From Prorocentrum cordatum (Eukaryota): DNA of 64,000 nt. Each line of letters opens with the position of its first letter. Position 1 is the first letter of the stretch. Under the pieces are notes generated by a model. It was not told the DNA's origin and made no database searches. It saw only the letters and a program-made list of their open reading frames with translations. Positions 1 through 11,807 of this stretch are shown here, piece by piece. Location of the stretch: the NCBI GenBank assembly GCA_963575745.1, contig CAUYUJ010000123.1:1-64000 (forward strand). The letters run 5' to 3'. The translations under genes were made by a program, and so were the position numbers.

Positions 1-903
1 GGTGGGGGCACACCAGTCCATGCGGATGCGGAGGCCCAGGACCCGTGGGTAGATGAGGCGCGCTCCGTGAGCTTCCCCGTTCACGAAGTTGTGCCAGTTC
101 TCACCGCGCGGCGGTTTGGTAGCCTCGCACATCCAGAGCGCGATGTGTCCCCAGGCGAGGGTGTCGTCTTCGAGGCTGCGGGGCGGGTGAGGCGGCACCG
201 CGTACCACGCGGCCAGCGACGGGTGCACACCCACGTACGTGCGGCCGACATTTGCGGCGGTTCGGCCCTTCGCTTCACGGCGGGGGCCCGGCAGGAGGTG
301 ACCTCCGTTGAAAGCGAGACGGGCCGCAAGGTCGCCGCGGGTCCCGTGCCAGAAGACCGTGGGCGCGTCAGTGGTAGGAGCACGGAGGTCCCACGTGAGG
401 TAGGGGAAGATCGTCTCGCCTGAGTTCCCGCCCGAGTCTTCCAGCACCCAAATGAGTCGGTTCGGGGGCCTCTGCATGATGTCAGTCCACGGCGCAAACG
501 CTTGGAGCGTTGGGTCATGGGTGAATCGAGGATGGTCGTAGAGTCGCAGGGCGTCTTCGATGTCCTCCGTGGTCACGCCACTGTTACCAAGCGCAAAGCC
601 GTTCTGGTACAGGGAGGTGAGGATGCTCGTCAGCGGCACGGGGACCGCTGGGTCGCGCTGGATGGTGCTGCGTAAGTTGCGCGTCGGTGGCCAGAGGGCT
701 GGGTGGGGCGTACCAGGGCCTGAAGGCGCCTGGGGCCTGGCGGGTGATGCGTGGCGTGCTCGCCGTCGTGGTGGTTGGGTGTCCATGTCGGAAGAGGAAC
801 CACGGGCGTTGCTTGCCTCCGCTTCGTCGTCGGGCGCTCCGTGCACGCCGTCGCCGTCGAGGGTGCGCTCACGTGCTTCACTTGCCTCGGCGTCGGTGGC
901 CTG
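1..903 (-). CDS. Open frame running off the window edge, with a Tpt1/KptA-like or PARP-like ADP-ribosyltransferase-fold domain (part of left element ORF2)
   Basis: Hand translation from 903 to 1 has no stop: ...RDPAVPVPLTSIL...VTTEDIEDALRLYDHPRF...LIWVLEDSGGNSG...PTVFWHGTRGDLAARL...GRTYVGVHPSLAAWYA...LGLRIRMDWCAPT. HGT is at 340-348. Confidence 0.55.
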
Positions 904-909
904 AAAAAG

Positions 910-975
<66 letters not shown>

Positions 976-992
976 AAAAAAATAAAAAAAAA
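904..992. repeat. Poly(A) tract inside coding sequence
   Basis: About 89 nt of nearly pure A. Confidence 0.9.
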
Positions 993-3900
993 GCTGGGGG
1001 CGGCCTCGTAGTCGGTGGCGATCTGCCAGAGGCCGCGCCGCTTGTGGGGCCGTCTCGCGGGGACGGGCTGGTCGACCGTGGCGTGACAGACGAGGCTCGC
1101 GATACCGCGGCAGTGACTTCAACGATGGCGGCGGTGGTGGCGGTGGTGACATAGGCGACTGCGGCGGCAACTGCAGCGGCGTAGTGTTCCTGTAGCAGCG
1201 GGTGTCGAAGGGGATGCACGTGCTGGCTCTCGGGGTCGTCGGGATGCGTGCGCGGAAGCGTGTGTGGGGCCTCAGCGCGCGGGCTCCTGATCGGTTGGCA
1301 ACAGCGGAGGCACCACTGGGCCGTGGGTGAGTCCAGGACGCGCGCACAGATGCGGGCTCCTACGTGTCCGACGGCTCCTTGAGCAAGAAGTTTGGCGCCG
1401 ACCAGGAGGAGACCGCAAACCACTCCGCCTGTGGCAATAGCTCCGAGTTTGCCGCTGGCCCATTTCAGGGCGCCCCAGAGGCCAGACCCGACTGCGCTGG
1501 CTCCGCCCGAGACAATGTCTCTGAGTTTGGCGCTGGTCCACTTGAGAAGACCCCACAAGGCGGGCGCGGCGTCGTATGCTATTGTGCGTCGGGGCGTAGT
1601 GGACACGGATGGCCTGGTGCCGCAGCTTCACGGCGTCGTCGCTGCCGGTAGCTGGGGTCTCGGCTCGGTGTCGGCAGGTACCCGTCGATCTGGTCCTGGT
1701 ACGGCATGGCTACCAAGATGGCGTACGTGACCACGAAGAGGCAGTTGAGACAGCCGCAGCGTCGAGAGGCCGCTGCGCTGTGCGGGGCCTCATGGGAGCC
1801 GCTGGCGTCGGGGTCCGCGTCCTCGATGGGATCGTTGTCGAGGCCAGCCTGCCAGTGGTCGACGGCGCTGGAGTTGGAGTCAGTCGAGTTAGCTCGGCGG
1901 ACAAGGATGCGGGACGGGGTCCTGCCACCTGAGGTCTGAAGACGCCCAGGTCCAGCCAGTGCTGCAGCGGGGCTGAAGCCGCCACTGCGCGGGCTGGTGG
2001 GAGCTGGCGGTGCGGTGGCATGGCCTGGCTCGTCGGCGGCGGTGGCACCTTCGGCGTCGCTGAGCTGTGCGCTGGGGTCGGCCTGGGCCGAGTTGTTGGG
2101 CGCACTGCTGTGCGACAGGGAGCGCCCTGTGTGGGGATCGCTGTCACGGTCGCGCTGGGCAGCGTCACTTGGCGGTGGCGTGCCGTCGGGGTCCTGGGTT
2201 TCCGTGTCGTGGGTGGGGTCGTTCTGGCTATCGTCCGACACGTGGAACGAGTCCAGGGATATGTTGCTGATATCGCTGGCAGCTGCGTGCTGGAGCAGAA
2301 GCGGTTCAGCGTCGGCCGCGGGCTGGTCACACGCGGCGATTTGGGCGGGGGGGCCAGCGGGCGGTGGTAGGTTTAGCGGTTCCATCGGTGCCGCGGCGAG
2401 CTCCGCCTCGACAAGCGGCTGCAGGTCTGGCGGGCGGTGCGGGATCGCATCCACGAGATACGCCAGGGCGTCTTGGTCGGGCGGAGGGGGGCCTCTTGGC
2501 AGCAAGGCGTGGGCCCGTGAGAGGTATGGCGGCAGTGGTGCCGCAAAAGCCTCAGGGCCGACGAGCTGGGCACGAGCGCACTGGTATTCCAGAAGGAGGC
2601 CAAGGTAACGGGTGGGGTACTCGTGGCTGCCCTGAATACGAGTGAGGTTGCGGTTGGTGCGCTGTCTGTCGGGGCCCGCTCTGTGCCAGATATCCTCGCA
2701 CATGTCGCCCGCGGTGCGGTGACGCAGGGCGTCGTGTTTCTCCGCGGAGTCCTCCTGGAAGAGGTGGTCGTACTGTGGCAGATGGAGCGTCGCCAGGACG
2801 TGCGGGACGCAGTCCTCGAGCCATGCCCAGCAAACGTCCTGATGGTCCTCACCTGGTGCCCACGCCGCGGCGCACGGGATGAGCCGTGCTCGGATGTTCA
2901 TCAGGTGCCAGAAGGCGGGGTCCTCATCAGGTTCACCCCTGGCGCACAGAGGGGAAGCGGGACTCGCTGTGTTGCTGGTAGTCAGGCCGTGTGCGTGGGT
3001 GCTAAGCACGGCCCTAATTAGCAGCCCACATAGCGTGTTGGGCTCCACGGTGATGCACAGGTAGGGCGCGAGGAGCCAGATGGCTCGCAGCGAGGCGCCT
3101 GTGGTCTGTGGGGGCCACGGTGGAGCCGTCTGCGGCGCTGGCTCAGCGGCGTGGTTTCCAGCGTGGCACGGCCCACCGCTGTCAGTAATGTCGAAGCTGT
3201 CAGGTCGGCACGCTGTGGGGGTGCGACACTCTGAGGGTACACGGTGCGACGTACGGCGGCAGGCGTCGTGGTCGGTGGTAACTCTCGCAGGTGGTCGTGC
3301 GCGGCGTGCGTTGCCTCATGCGGGGGCGGTGGCAGCCAGGGCACTGCAGCGGGGCTGAAGCCGCCACTGCGTGCCTGGGCCTTGCAAGCGGCCCTGTCGA
3401 GGATATGCTGCACGACGGTCGAGGACAAGCTGAAGACAGGGTGCCATCGAGGATATGCTGTGCGACGGTCGACCGCAGGCGTCGTATTGAGTGATGGTAG
3501 CCCTCGTAGCTGAACTTGCATGCGGTGCGAGGCGTGGCCGGAGGACGCATGAGTCAGCTCAGCTGCGGCAAAATCGGCGGTCGACTGCGATGCATGTGTC
3601 GTAGTTGACGAGGGCGTGCTCGTAGGAGACGTGCTGGTACTCGGCGTAGGCATAGTAGTAGCCGTCGAAGTCCCAGGGGGGCAGCGCGCGGGGCAGGGCC
3701 CCTGGTGCTGCTCAGGCCAGGCGCTCGCGGGGGCGCCCAGCAGCCCAGTGCCGCACGGGCCAGCGGCGGCGGTGCTGTTCACGATCGGGTCCAAAATGGC
3801 GCTGTGATCGTATTTGTAGATGCTGTCATCGTAAAGGTAGAAGAACGTCCTACGCTCCGCATGTCGCAGGAAAGCCTCTCCTCCGTGCTGGGGCGCACCG

Positions 3901-4064
3901 CCTGAAGACGGGCGTGCTCCAGCCAGCGAGGGGAGGGCCAGGCCGCAGGCGAGGCGCCGCGTGATGGCGAGGCCTGGCGGGCGGCGCGAGCGATGAGCCG
4001 AAAGCTGCGTGGCAGCACACGTCCTCATACACCCCTGAATGCTCATGTACATCGCTACAATCAC
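993..4064 (-). pseudogene. N-terminal, largely disordered part of left element ORF2, broken by frameshifts near 3050 and 1600
   Basis: Three overlapping ORFs (3018-4064, 1579-3048, 878-1606) tile the region head to tail. The last joins the 903-to-1 frame in phase if the poly(A) tract is collapsed. Confidence 0.45.
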
Positions 4065-4223
4065 GCCCCCTGCAAGACTGCGGGTGTCCCTACACCAGAG
4101 AGCTTGCGCGTGCTGCTGCCAAAACAGACATGAGGTAACAAGAAAGAGATACGACGCGAAGAGGGGAGCGGTGCCTCTGAAGGCGCTTCCTCGGAGGGCT
4201 GAGGCGGGCTCTCTGAGGCACCG

Positions 4224-6032
4224 TCAATACGGGTCCTGGGTGGCCCGACCCTTGTCCTTGCCTTTGTCGGCCCCTGGGGGCCCCGTCCCTGGGGTGGCCT
4301 GGCCTGGCTGGTCGGTCGCACTGCAGGCTGCCGCGGGCTCGGCGGCCGCTGCGGCTTCCACCTTCTTAGCTTCCAGAGTGGCCGCTTGTGGCAGGTGGAT
4401 GGTGCCTCCCGTGAGGTGCCCGAGGAGGGTCTGGATGTCGCCGCGCAGTGCAGCGGCGTCGGCGGTTGCCGTCTGTTGCTGGGTGACGACGGTGGCAAGC
4501 CCCCGTTCCAGCCCTGAAAACGTGCTCCGTGAGTGTGGCCTGGGAGGAGAGAACGCCCGCAAGCTGCACCTGCATGTTATCCACCGTGTTGGCTAGCTGC
4601 TCGTGCTGCTGTTCCATGTGCTGGATGCGGGTCGTGGCAGCATCGGGCGGTTTAGAGGCCGATGCGAAGCGCTCGCCGAAGGTGTTGAGTTCGTGGAGGC
4701 CACGCTGTATTCATCGCCTGATGAGAGGATCTCGACGTCAACGACGTCACCTGGTACTTCGGCGGCTGTGGCAGCGGCGCCTTCGGTGTGGCCCCCTCCT
4801 TCCGCCGCCGCCGTGCCAAGCCAGGGGTCGTGGCCACCTGGCCCCGGGGCGGCCGTCGGTTCAGCGGCTCCGTCCGTGCCGCGAGGGGGCGCAGAAGAGC
4901 TGCGGCCTGGGGCGCGGGGTGGCCTTGCGGGCGGCGTGGCGTCACGTTTCCCGCTGGAGGAGCGGTGGCGCTTAGCTAAAGGCTCCTCCTTGGGGGTCAG
5001 GAGCGGTGCGACGCCCTTGCCTTTGGGCGTGGCAGTCATGAGGTCGTGGAGGTAGGGGCTCTGGGCCGCTTTGGTGAGGAGTGTGCCGGTGGCGGGGCTG
5101 AAGCCGCCACCACCGGCTGGCGGCGTCGCAGGCTCTGTGATGGTGGTGGGCGTGACGATGGTAACGTTGTCCCGCTTCGGCGCCACCTCAGCCAGCGGGG
5201 CCTCGGCGATGCTCCACGGGATGGAGCGCCCCGCGACCTGCGCCGTATAGGTGAGTGGGGGCCGATGGGCGCGCACTAGGGCAAACTGGGCCGCAGTGGC
5301 TGGGTCCCAGGCGGTGTGGTAGACCTCACAGTCCCATTTGACGGACGGGCCCGTGAGAGTCTTGGCGAGCTGGGTCAGCGTGGCGCGGCGTGACGCAATG
5401 CCAGTGATGCGGTAGCGCGTCTTTGCGAGGGTGGCCTCGCAGCCGCGGATGCTGACAGCAGCGGCCTTGGCGACGTCAGACCCCCGCGGAACACGGATCC
5501 CCAGCAGGCCTGACTTGCCGTGCCTGACGACTCCCAGGTCCTTGAGCTCCACCGACTTCTGGAACGCGTCTGCCATCGTGATGGGCTGGTCCTCAGGGAA
5601 CCACACGGTCTGATACTTGTCGGCGGTGGGCTCGTCTGCACCTACGTTGCTGAGGTCGTAGGTGGCACCGAGTTGCCCTGATCCCGCCAGGACCTTGTCG
5701 ACCGCTTGGAGACTGACGCCGAAGGTGGCAGCCAGGGACCTCTTTCCGACGCCCGATCCACACCTGCCTAGGCTTTTGCAGGGTTCGAGGATGGTGACGG
5801 CTTTAAAGTTGCCGTGGAAGAGGGCCTTGAAGGTGTCCTGGAGCTGGCCATCGAGCTCCTGGCGGCGAGCGTCCTTCTTGGACTCCTTGTGCTTTTGGCG
5901 CGCCTTGTCCTGTGGAGCGGAGTCGCCTCGAAAAGGGCCCTTGGCGCGTGGACCACCGTTCACGGGGGCACCTCCCGAGAACTGGTCCCTTCGAAAAAAA
6001 AAAAAAAAAAAAAAAAAAAACAAAAAAAAAAA

Positions 6033-6109
<77 letters not shown>

Positions 6110-6126
6110 AACAAGGAAAAAAAAAA

Positions 6127-6205
<79 letters not shown>

Positions 6206-7009
6206 AGCCTGGTGCATTGAGGGGACTGTGGCAATGGCCTCGGTCTCGTGTATGGTTGCCCGAATCCAGCAGACGTGGTCGGCGGGGTCGATGGTGGCGA
6301 CGGCTACCTTTTCCGTGCAGGCGACCTCCTTGGTGCCCAGCTGGTACACGATCACGGGGACGTGCGTGTGGACCACTTTGGGCGCCTTGGGGTGGCGCTT
6401 CAGGACGGGGGCGGCGAGCTCGGTACCGACGTAGTTGTCGTTTTTCGGGCCCATGACAGCAATCGCGAGCTGGCCCGTGGCTCGCTTGCCCCGCCCGAGG
6501 TGGTGTCGCAGCAGCCATTCGCCACTCTCGGAGTCGTGGAGGCTGATGCTGGGCTTGTGCGTCTTGCCGTCGTCAGGCGAAGTGGGTTCGGCAAGAACAG
6601 GGACCTTCCAAAAGGCAGGGTCCAAGGCGATGAATTGGGTGTCCGCAGCCTGAAGACGTGCGGAGCCCGCTGGTGGGTGCGATGTGTCACCGCCAGTGCG
6701 CTTAGGCTTGCTGCGCTGGTAGTGGTCGAGCGTGTAGCTGATCTGGTTGGCGGCGCACATGCGGATAAGGGCGCTGCCAAGCTTCTTCGAGTTGGACTTG
6801 TGCATGTCGTACTTTGCCTGGAGCTCGTCCGCGTTCAGTTCGGCTAGCCCGTTATAGGCGGCCGTGGGGCGGTCAGACCCCGCTTGCCTGAACGCTGCGA
6901 TGCAGTCCTGCTTGCGTTGAAGGAGGGACCCTTCAGCAGCAGGGCGCGTGGGGCGGGAGCTCGGAGGCTGCTTTGAAGAGTGACGGCGCTCCGGCTTCTT
7001 GGGGGCCAT
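4224..7009 (-). pseudogene. ORF1 (gag-like) of left element, interrupted by a poly(A) tract and two frameshifts; C-terminal coiled coil
   Basis: Starts MAPKKPERR at 7009. The frames of ORFs 5960-7021 and 4593-6518 join as HQAP(F)RRDQF when the A tract is collapsed. It then reads IQHMEQQHEQLANTVDNMQVQL and GLERGLATVVTQQQ after shifts near 4670 and 4517, with a stop at 4224. Confidence 0.55.
5994..6201. repeat. Poly(A) tract inside coding sequence
   Basis: About 208 nt of nearly pure A. Confidence 0.9.
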
Positions 7010-7161
7010 TGCTGCGGGCACTCTGGTGCGGAGAGGTGACGCGAATCAGTAGGGTCCTGTTGGGACCCCTCCGGTCTCGCGAGGCCTGGGAGTCTGACTC
7101 CGAGGCGGGGCGCTTCGCGTCGTAGCTGCGGTCTGAGTGCAGAGCACTCTCGAGCCGAGAC

Positions 7162-7162
<1 letters not shown>

Positions 7163-7223
<61 letters not shown>

Positions 7224-7396
7224 CGAGAGAGAGAGAGAGAGAGAGAGCAGAGAGAGAGAGAGAGAGAGAGAGAGCGGGAGAGAGCGAGGGAGAGCGAGAG
7301 AGAGCGAGAGAGAGCGAGTGAGAGCGAGAGAGAGAGAGAGAGCGAGAGAGAGCGACAGAGAGCGAGAGAGAGCAAGAGAGAGCGAGAGAGCGAAAG

Positions 7397-7433
<37 letters not shown>

Positions 7434-7467
7434 CGAGGGAAGAGAGAGAGAGATAGAGAGAGAAAGA

Positions 7468-7499
<32 letters not shown>

Positions 7500-7525
7500 A
7501 GAGAAGAGAAGAGAAGAGAAGAGAC

Positions 7526-7578
<53 letters not shown>

Positions 7579-7852
7579 GAGAGAGCAGAGAGAGAATAGA
7601 GAGAAGAGAGAGAGGAGAGAGCAGAGAGAGAATAGAGAGAAGAGAGAGAGGAGAGAGAGAGAGAGAGGCAGAGATAGAGGCAGAGAGAGAGAGGCACAGA
7701 GAGAGAGAGGCAGAGAGAGAGAGAGGCAGAGAGACAGAGGCAGAGAGAGAGGCAGAGAGAGAGAGAGAGGCAGGGAAAGAGAGGCAGAGACAGAGAGAGG
7801 GCAGAGAGAGAGAGAGAGAGACAGAGAGACCAGAGAGAGCAGAGAGAGAGGC
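7163..7852. repeat. (GA)n microsatellite
   Basis: Direct inspection. Confidence 0.95.
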
Positions 7853-8124
7853 AGCTCAGTCACACTTAAATCCAGATTCGTCCTCACCGAGTCCCACCAC
7901 CAAGGGAGCGCCAGCAAGGAGATGCACATATGGGGATCCCCACGCAGTGAATAATTTCATGACTCGAGGGGGTCTGGGTTCCGAGCTGTTGCGCATTTCA
8001 AGCTCCAGGGGCACACGTGGCGAGGACCTCTGAGCCGCAGCGCCAGGCCCGCCCGCCCGCCCGACGGAGAGTCTGGGGGGGGGTGCCAGAAGGGTAGGAA
8101 CCCAGTGCACCCCGAAGAAATAGG

Positions 8125-8412
8125 ATGGAGGAGGACGGGGAGAGGGAGATGGGGGAGATGGAAGGGGGGGAGGAGGAGGGGGAGGAGTAGGAGAGGAGGA
8201 GGAGGAGGAGTGGAGGAGGAGGAGGAGAGGAGGAGGAGGAGGGGGAGGATGAGGAGGAGGACGGGAAGGAGGAGGAGGAGGACGGGGAGGAGGAGGAGGA
8301 GGAGGAGGAGGAGGAGGAGGAGGAGGAGGAGGAGGAGGGGGGGGGAGATGGAAGAAGTGGAGATGGGGGAGATGGGAGAAGGGGAGGAGGAGGAGGAGGA
8401 GGAGGAGGAGAA
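8125..8412. repeat. (GGA)n microsatellite
   Basis: Direct inspection. Confidence 0.9.
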
Positions 8413-8519
8413 GGACGGAGCTCAGACTGGCCAAGCTGTGCCACCGAGACCAGGGCCGAGCGTAACCGAATCACGAACGAACCAATCAAGAACCCCTGAC
8501 ATAGAGGAAGAAATCGACA

Positions 8520-8682
8520 CACAAACAGAAACTTTCGACGATCCGCGTGGATTTCTTGGATCTGCGCTGGGCCCCCCTCCCTGGCGCGCGGAGCGCGCCA
8601 GGGGCGGCGCCGGAGGCGCCGTCAAGGGGCACCAGCGCGGATCCGAGAAATCCGCGCGGAGCGCCAAAAGTTTGTGTTTGTG
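8520..8682. mobile_element. MITE with about 50-bp TIRs and CAC...GTG ends
   Basis: cacaaacagaaactttcgacgatccgcgtggatttcttggatc pairs with gatccgagaaatccgcgcggagcgccaaaagtttgtgtttgtg. Flanks aca/acg may be a 3-bp TSD. Confidence 0.65.
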
Positions 8683-9439
8683 ACGTTTTCCTTCTTCGAC
8701 CCTGACAACCAGAGCGAATCCACAAGATGTGCCTGCCATGGCGGCAACGGGTCCCGGTGGAAACGGGCCCTGGGCCTTCCCTGAGAGAACCTGCTACTCA
8801 GTCTCGACTGTATGCTTCAGGTCGGTAAGGGCCCCCTAGGGGTGACCTGAGGATTCCCCCGGATTCTAGACGACATCTCCTTGGCCAGTGTCTTTCCTCG
8901 ATCTGGGGTTTCCCTGGGGTGCGCCGTCTTTATCCTTGGTTTCCTTGTTTCGGGTGTTGCTAAAAGTGCCCCTGGCAAAGATGCCCCCAGGATTCCCAAG
9001 TAGGCCCCCACGGCCTCCAGAGCACCCCTCACGAGGCCCAGAGGGCCCGAGGGAATTCAAACTTGAGCGAGAAGCAACACCCGATTGCTACTCAGAAAAT
9101 CCTTGAGGACTCGCGCGACAACTTGCGACCCAACTCACGTCAGGCTTCCGTCGGGCTCACGCCGGCACTCGCCGCGCGAGGGTCCTCCAAGATCTTGAGG
9201 CGTGGATTAGGGGTCAGATCCGCTCCGAGGCGGCTCCAAGTGACCACGGAGCGTCCAAAGAAGTCCACCAAGAGAGCCCCAAGAAAGGCTGCAGAGCGTC
9301 AGCGTCGTCGTCTCGTCGCCGTCGCCAACGTCGTCCTCGTCGTCGCCGCCGCCGCCGTCCCCCTTCAGGGTCGGATCCGCGATAAGGATGCAAGGGCCTT
9401 GGAAGGCCATGTCGACACTCTTCGAGCGGGGCGCGGGCA

Positions 9440-9935
9440 GCCAAAAGGGTGCCGAAAACCAAAAAAGGGCGCGCAGAAAACAGAAGGAGCGCCGAAACCC
9501 AAAGGAGAGCCGAAAACAACAGGAGCGCCGAAAACAAAAAGGGCGCCGAAAACCAAAGCGGCGCCGAAGACCCAAGGGGCGCCGACCGCTAAAAACCAAC
9601 GATGCGACGAAAACCAACGGGGCGCCGAAAACCAACGATGCGTCGAAAACCAAAGGGGCGCCGAAAACCAAAGGGGCGCTGAAAATCAGAGTGGCGCCAA
9701 AAACCACAGGGGCGCCGAAAACAAACGGGCGCCGAAAACCAAAGGAACACCGAAAACCAAAGGGGCGCCGAAAACCCAAAGGGCGCCGAAAACCAAAGGG
9801 GCGCCGAAAACCAAAGTGGCGACGAAAACCAAAAGGGCGCCGAAAACCAAAGGGGCGCAAAAAAACCAAGCCGAAAGCCAAAGAGACGCTGAAAACCACG
9901 AGTTCGCCGAAAACCAAATAGGCGCCGAAAACCAA
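9440..9935. repeat. 18-bp minisatellite (ggcgccgaaaaccaaagg)n
   Basis: More than 20 tandem degenerate copies. Confidence 0.9.
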
Positions 9936-10349
9936 AGAAGAAAAGTAGCTGGAATTGTCAACAGGAGGGGACGGGGGCAGCTTAGAAAGGAACCCCTCCA
10001 TTGGGAAGGGAAGCCTGGGCTAACCCAGGGACCCGAAAAGGATGGGAGGGGGGCGTGTAGTTTCCAAGCCCCCCCCCAGCCAGGGACCCCCTCTGTTACA
10101 AAATCCAAACAGGAGGGGGGATCTCTTCAGACCGATGTTCGGACTAATCCCGGCTAGCTGGTACCCTTCCCGGCCCGTTTGGTCGAGCCCCGGCCGTTGG
10201 GACCAATTCTGGCCAGGCCAAAATCAAGATACCTTTTTTTGTCCAACCCTCCTGTGTCGGGTACTCGTTTTGAAGAGAGCACTGCGGTCTCCACCTCCTT
10301 CCTCCCGCCTCCCGTCTCCTCTCATCCCTCCCACCTGCCTTTTTTCACT

Positions 10350-11118
10350 GCCTCGCCATCCCTGTGGGGCTGCGAAAGTGTAGCCACGTTCGAGGGGTTG
10401 CTGGGACGTTTCAGCGGAGGGGGGCACCATCCAAACTCAGACTAGACCTCGCCATCCCTGGGGGACTGCGATGTGCGAGACCGTCACCACTTTCGAGGGT
10501 TGCTGCGGGGTTCAGCGGAGTGAGGCACCACCCAAACTCATATTCCACCTCGATACCCCTGGGGGGCTGCGATTTGCGAAATTGTCGCCAGTTTAAAGGG
10601 CTGCTGGGAGGTTCAGCGGAGTGAGGCACCACCCAGACTCATATCAAACCTCGCCATCCCTGCGGGGCTTCGATCTGTAAAATGGTCACCACTTTCGAAG
10701 GGTTGCTGGGGGTTTCAGTGGAATGAAACACCACCCATATTCAGATTAGACCTCGCCATCCATGGGGCGGTTGCGATCTGCGAAACTGTAGCCACGTTCG
10801 ATGGGCTGCTGGGGGTTCGCCGCATTGAGGCACCACCTGGACATGGACTAAACCTGGCCATCCCTGGGGGGCTGCGATGTGCGAGACAGTCGCCACGTTC
10901 GAAGGCTGCTGGGGGTTCAGCGGGGTGACGCACCACCCAAATTCAGATTCCACATCGCCACCCCTGGGGGGCTGCGATCTGCGAAATTGTCGCCACGTTC
11001 GACGGCTGCTGGGGGTTCAGCGGGGTGAGGCACCACCCGAACTCAGATTCCACCTCGCTACCCCTGTTGGGTTTCGATATGCGAAACTGTCACCACTTTC
11101 GGAGGCTGCTGGGGGGTC
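10350..11118. repeat. About 100-bp tandem repeat, about 8 copies
   Basis: cctcgccatccctg recurs near 10351, 10447, 10548, 10649, 10751, 10852, 10951 and 11053. Confidence 0.9.
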
Positions 11119-11807
11119 CCGCGGGGAGCGGTCGCAGGCCGCCCGCAGACGTGGCGGCGCGCCTTCGAGCGTTTAGCCCCCGCAATGAACAATGCAGGAT
11201 GGATGGAAGCAGGGGGGATTGTGAGCGAACTAGGCTTCGCTCGTTTCTTGCACATTCAGTAAGCGGGTTATTCATTTTGTCGAGCGCCGCGGCGTCATGG
11301 GGCAAGCAGCGCTGGATCTTTATCGTGCGACCGGCAATCGCAACACTCTTCGGTCTCCTCAGGTCGCGTTCGCCATCGTCCTTTGCCCCGTGTCACCTTC
11401 CATTTGCTTCTGCCGCGCTGACGGTTCGGCCCCCCGCGCGCCCTTGTTCAACCCATCGTTCCCGCCCCCATGTCCTCCTCAAGCCTGCGCCCCGCTCCTC
11501 GTCCTTATGTTGTTGCCCTGTGAATCGTGCCATGTGAATGCTCCCCATGTAATTTGCACAACATACGGAGGGCCTGCACTGTTATCGCCCTGGCAAAATT
11601 GGGCCAACGCGTCTGGTCATTTGATGCAAATGGGTTGGGTCCGCCGCGGGGTAATTCTACAAGAGACATGTTCGAGGCCTCTTGGTGCTGCCATGACAAG
11701 CTTTTGTGGCCCTCTTACAGGCGGTGTAAAAAAGGCTTCTTAAAATTATCCTGGCGAAGGACCCGACCATATGCAATTGTGAGTACCGCAATTGTGAATA
11801 TCTTTTT

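Larger units (their letters stand above)
1..7160 (-). mobile_element. Putative non-LTR retrotransposon, 5' half (5' leader, ORF1, start of ORF2); continues past the left window edge
   Basis: Continuous high-complexity coding-like sequence on the - strand begins right after the (CT)n tract at about 7160. Layout is two ORFs. ORF1 has motifs (LAGSG..G, YQTVWF, LGIRV, YRITG, A.RPP) that I recall from dinoflagellate LINE N-terminal proteins. No RT or endonuclease lies inside the window, so the class is inferred. Confidence 0.5.

Noticed and set aside
7010..7162. Hammerhead or HDV ribozyme call
   Set aside because: Stems are present but no CUGANGA/GAAA core or nested double pseudoknot could be fitted by eye.
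7046..8683. Long ORFs rich in SL, RE, P or E
   Set aside because: They are translations of (GA)n and (GGA)n microsatellites.
9063..10157. 364-aa Lys-rich, histone H1-like ORF
   Set aside because: It arises from an 18-bp minisatellite that is open in several frames and changes phase within the ORF.
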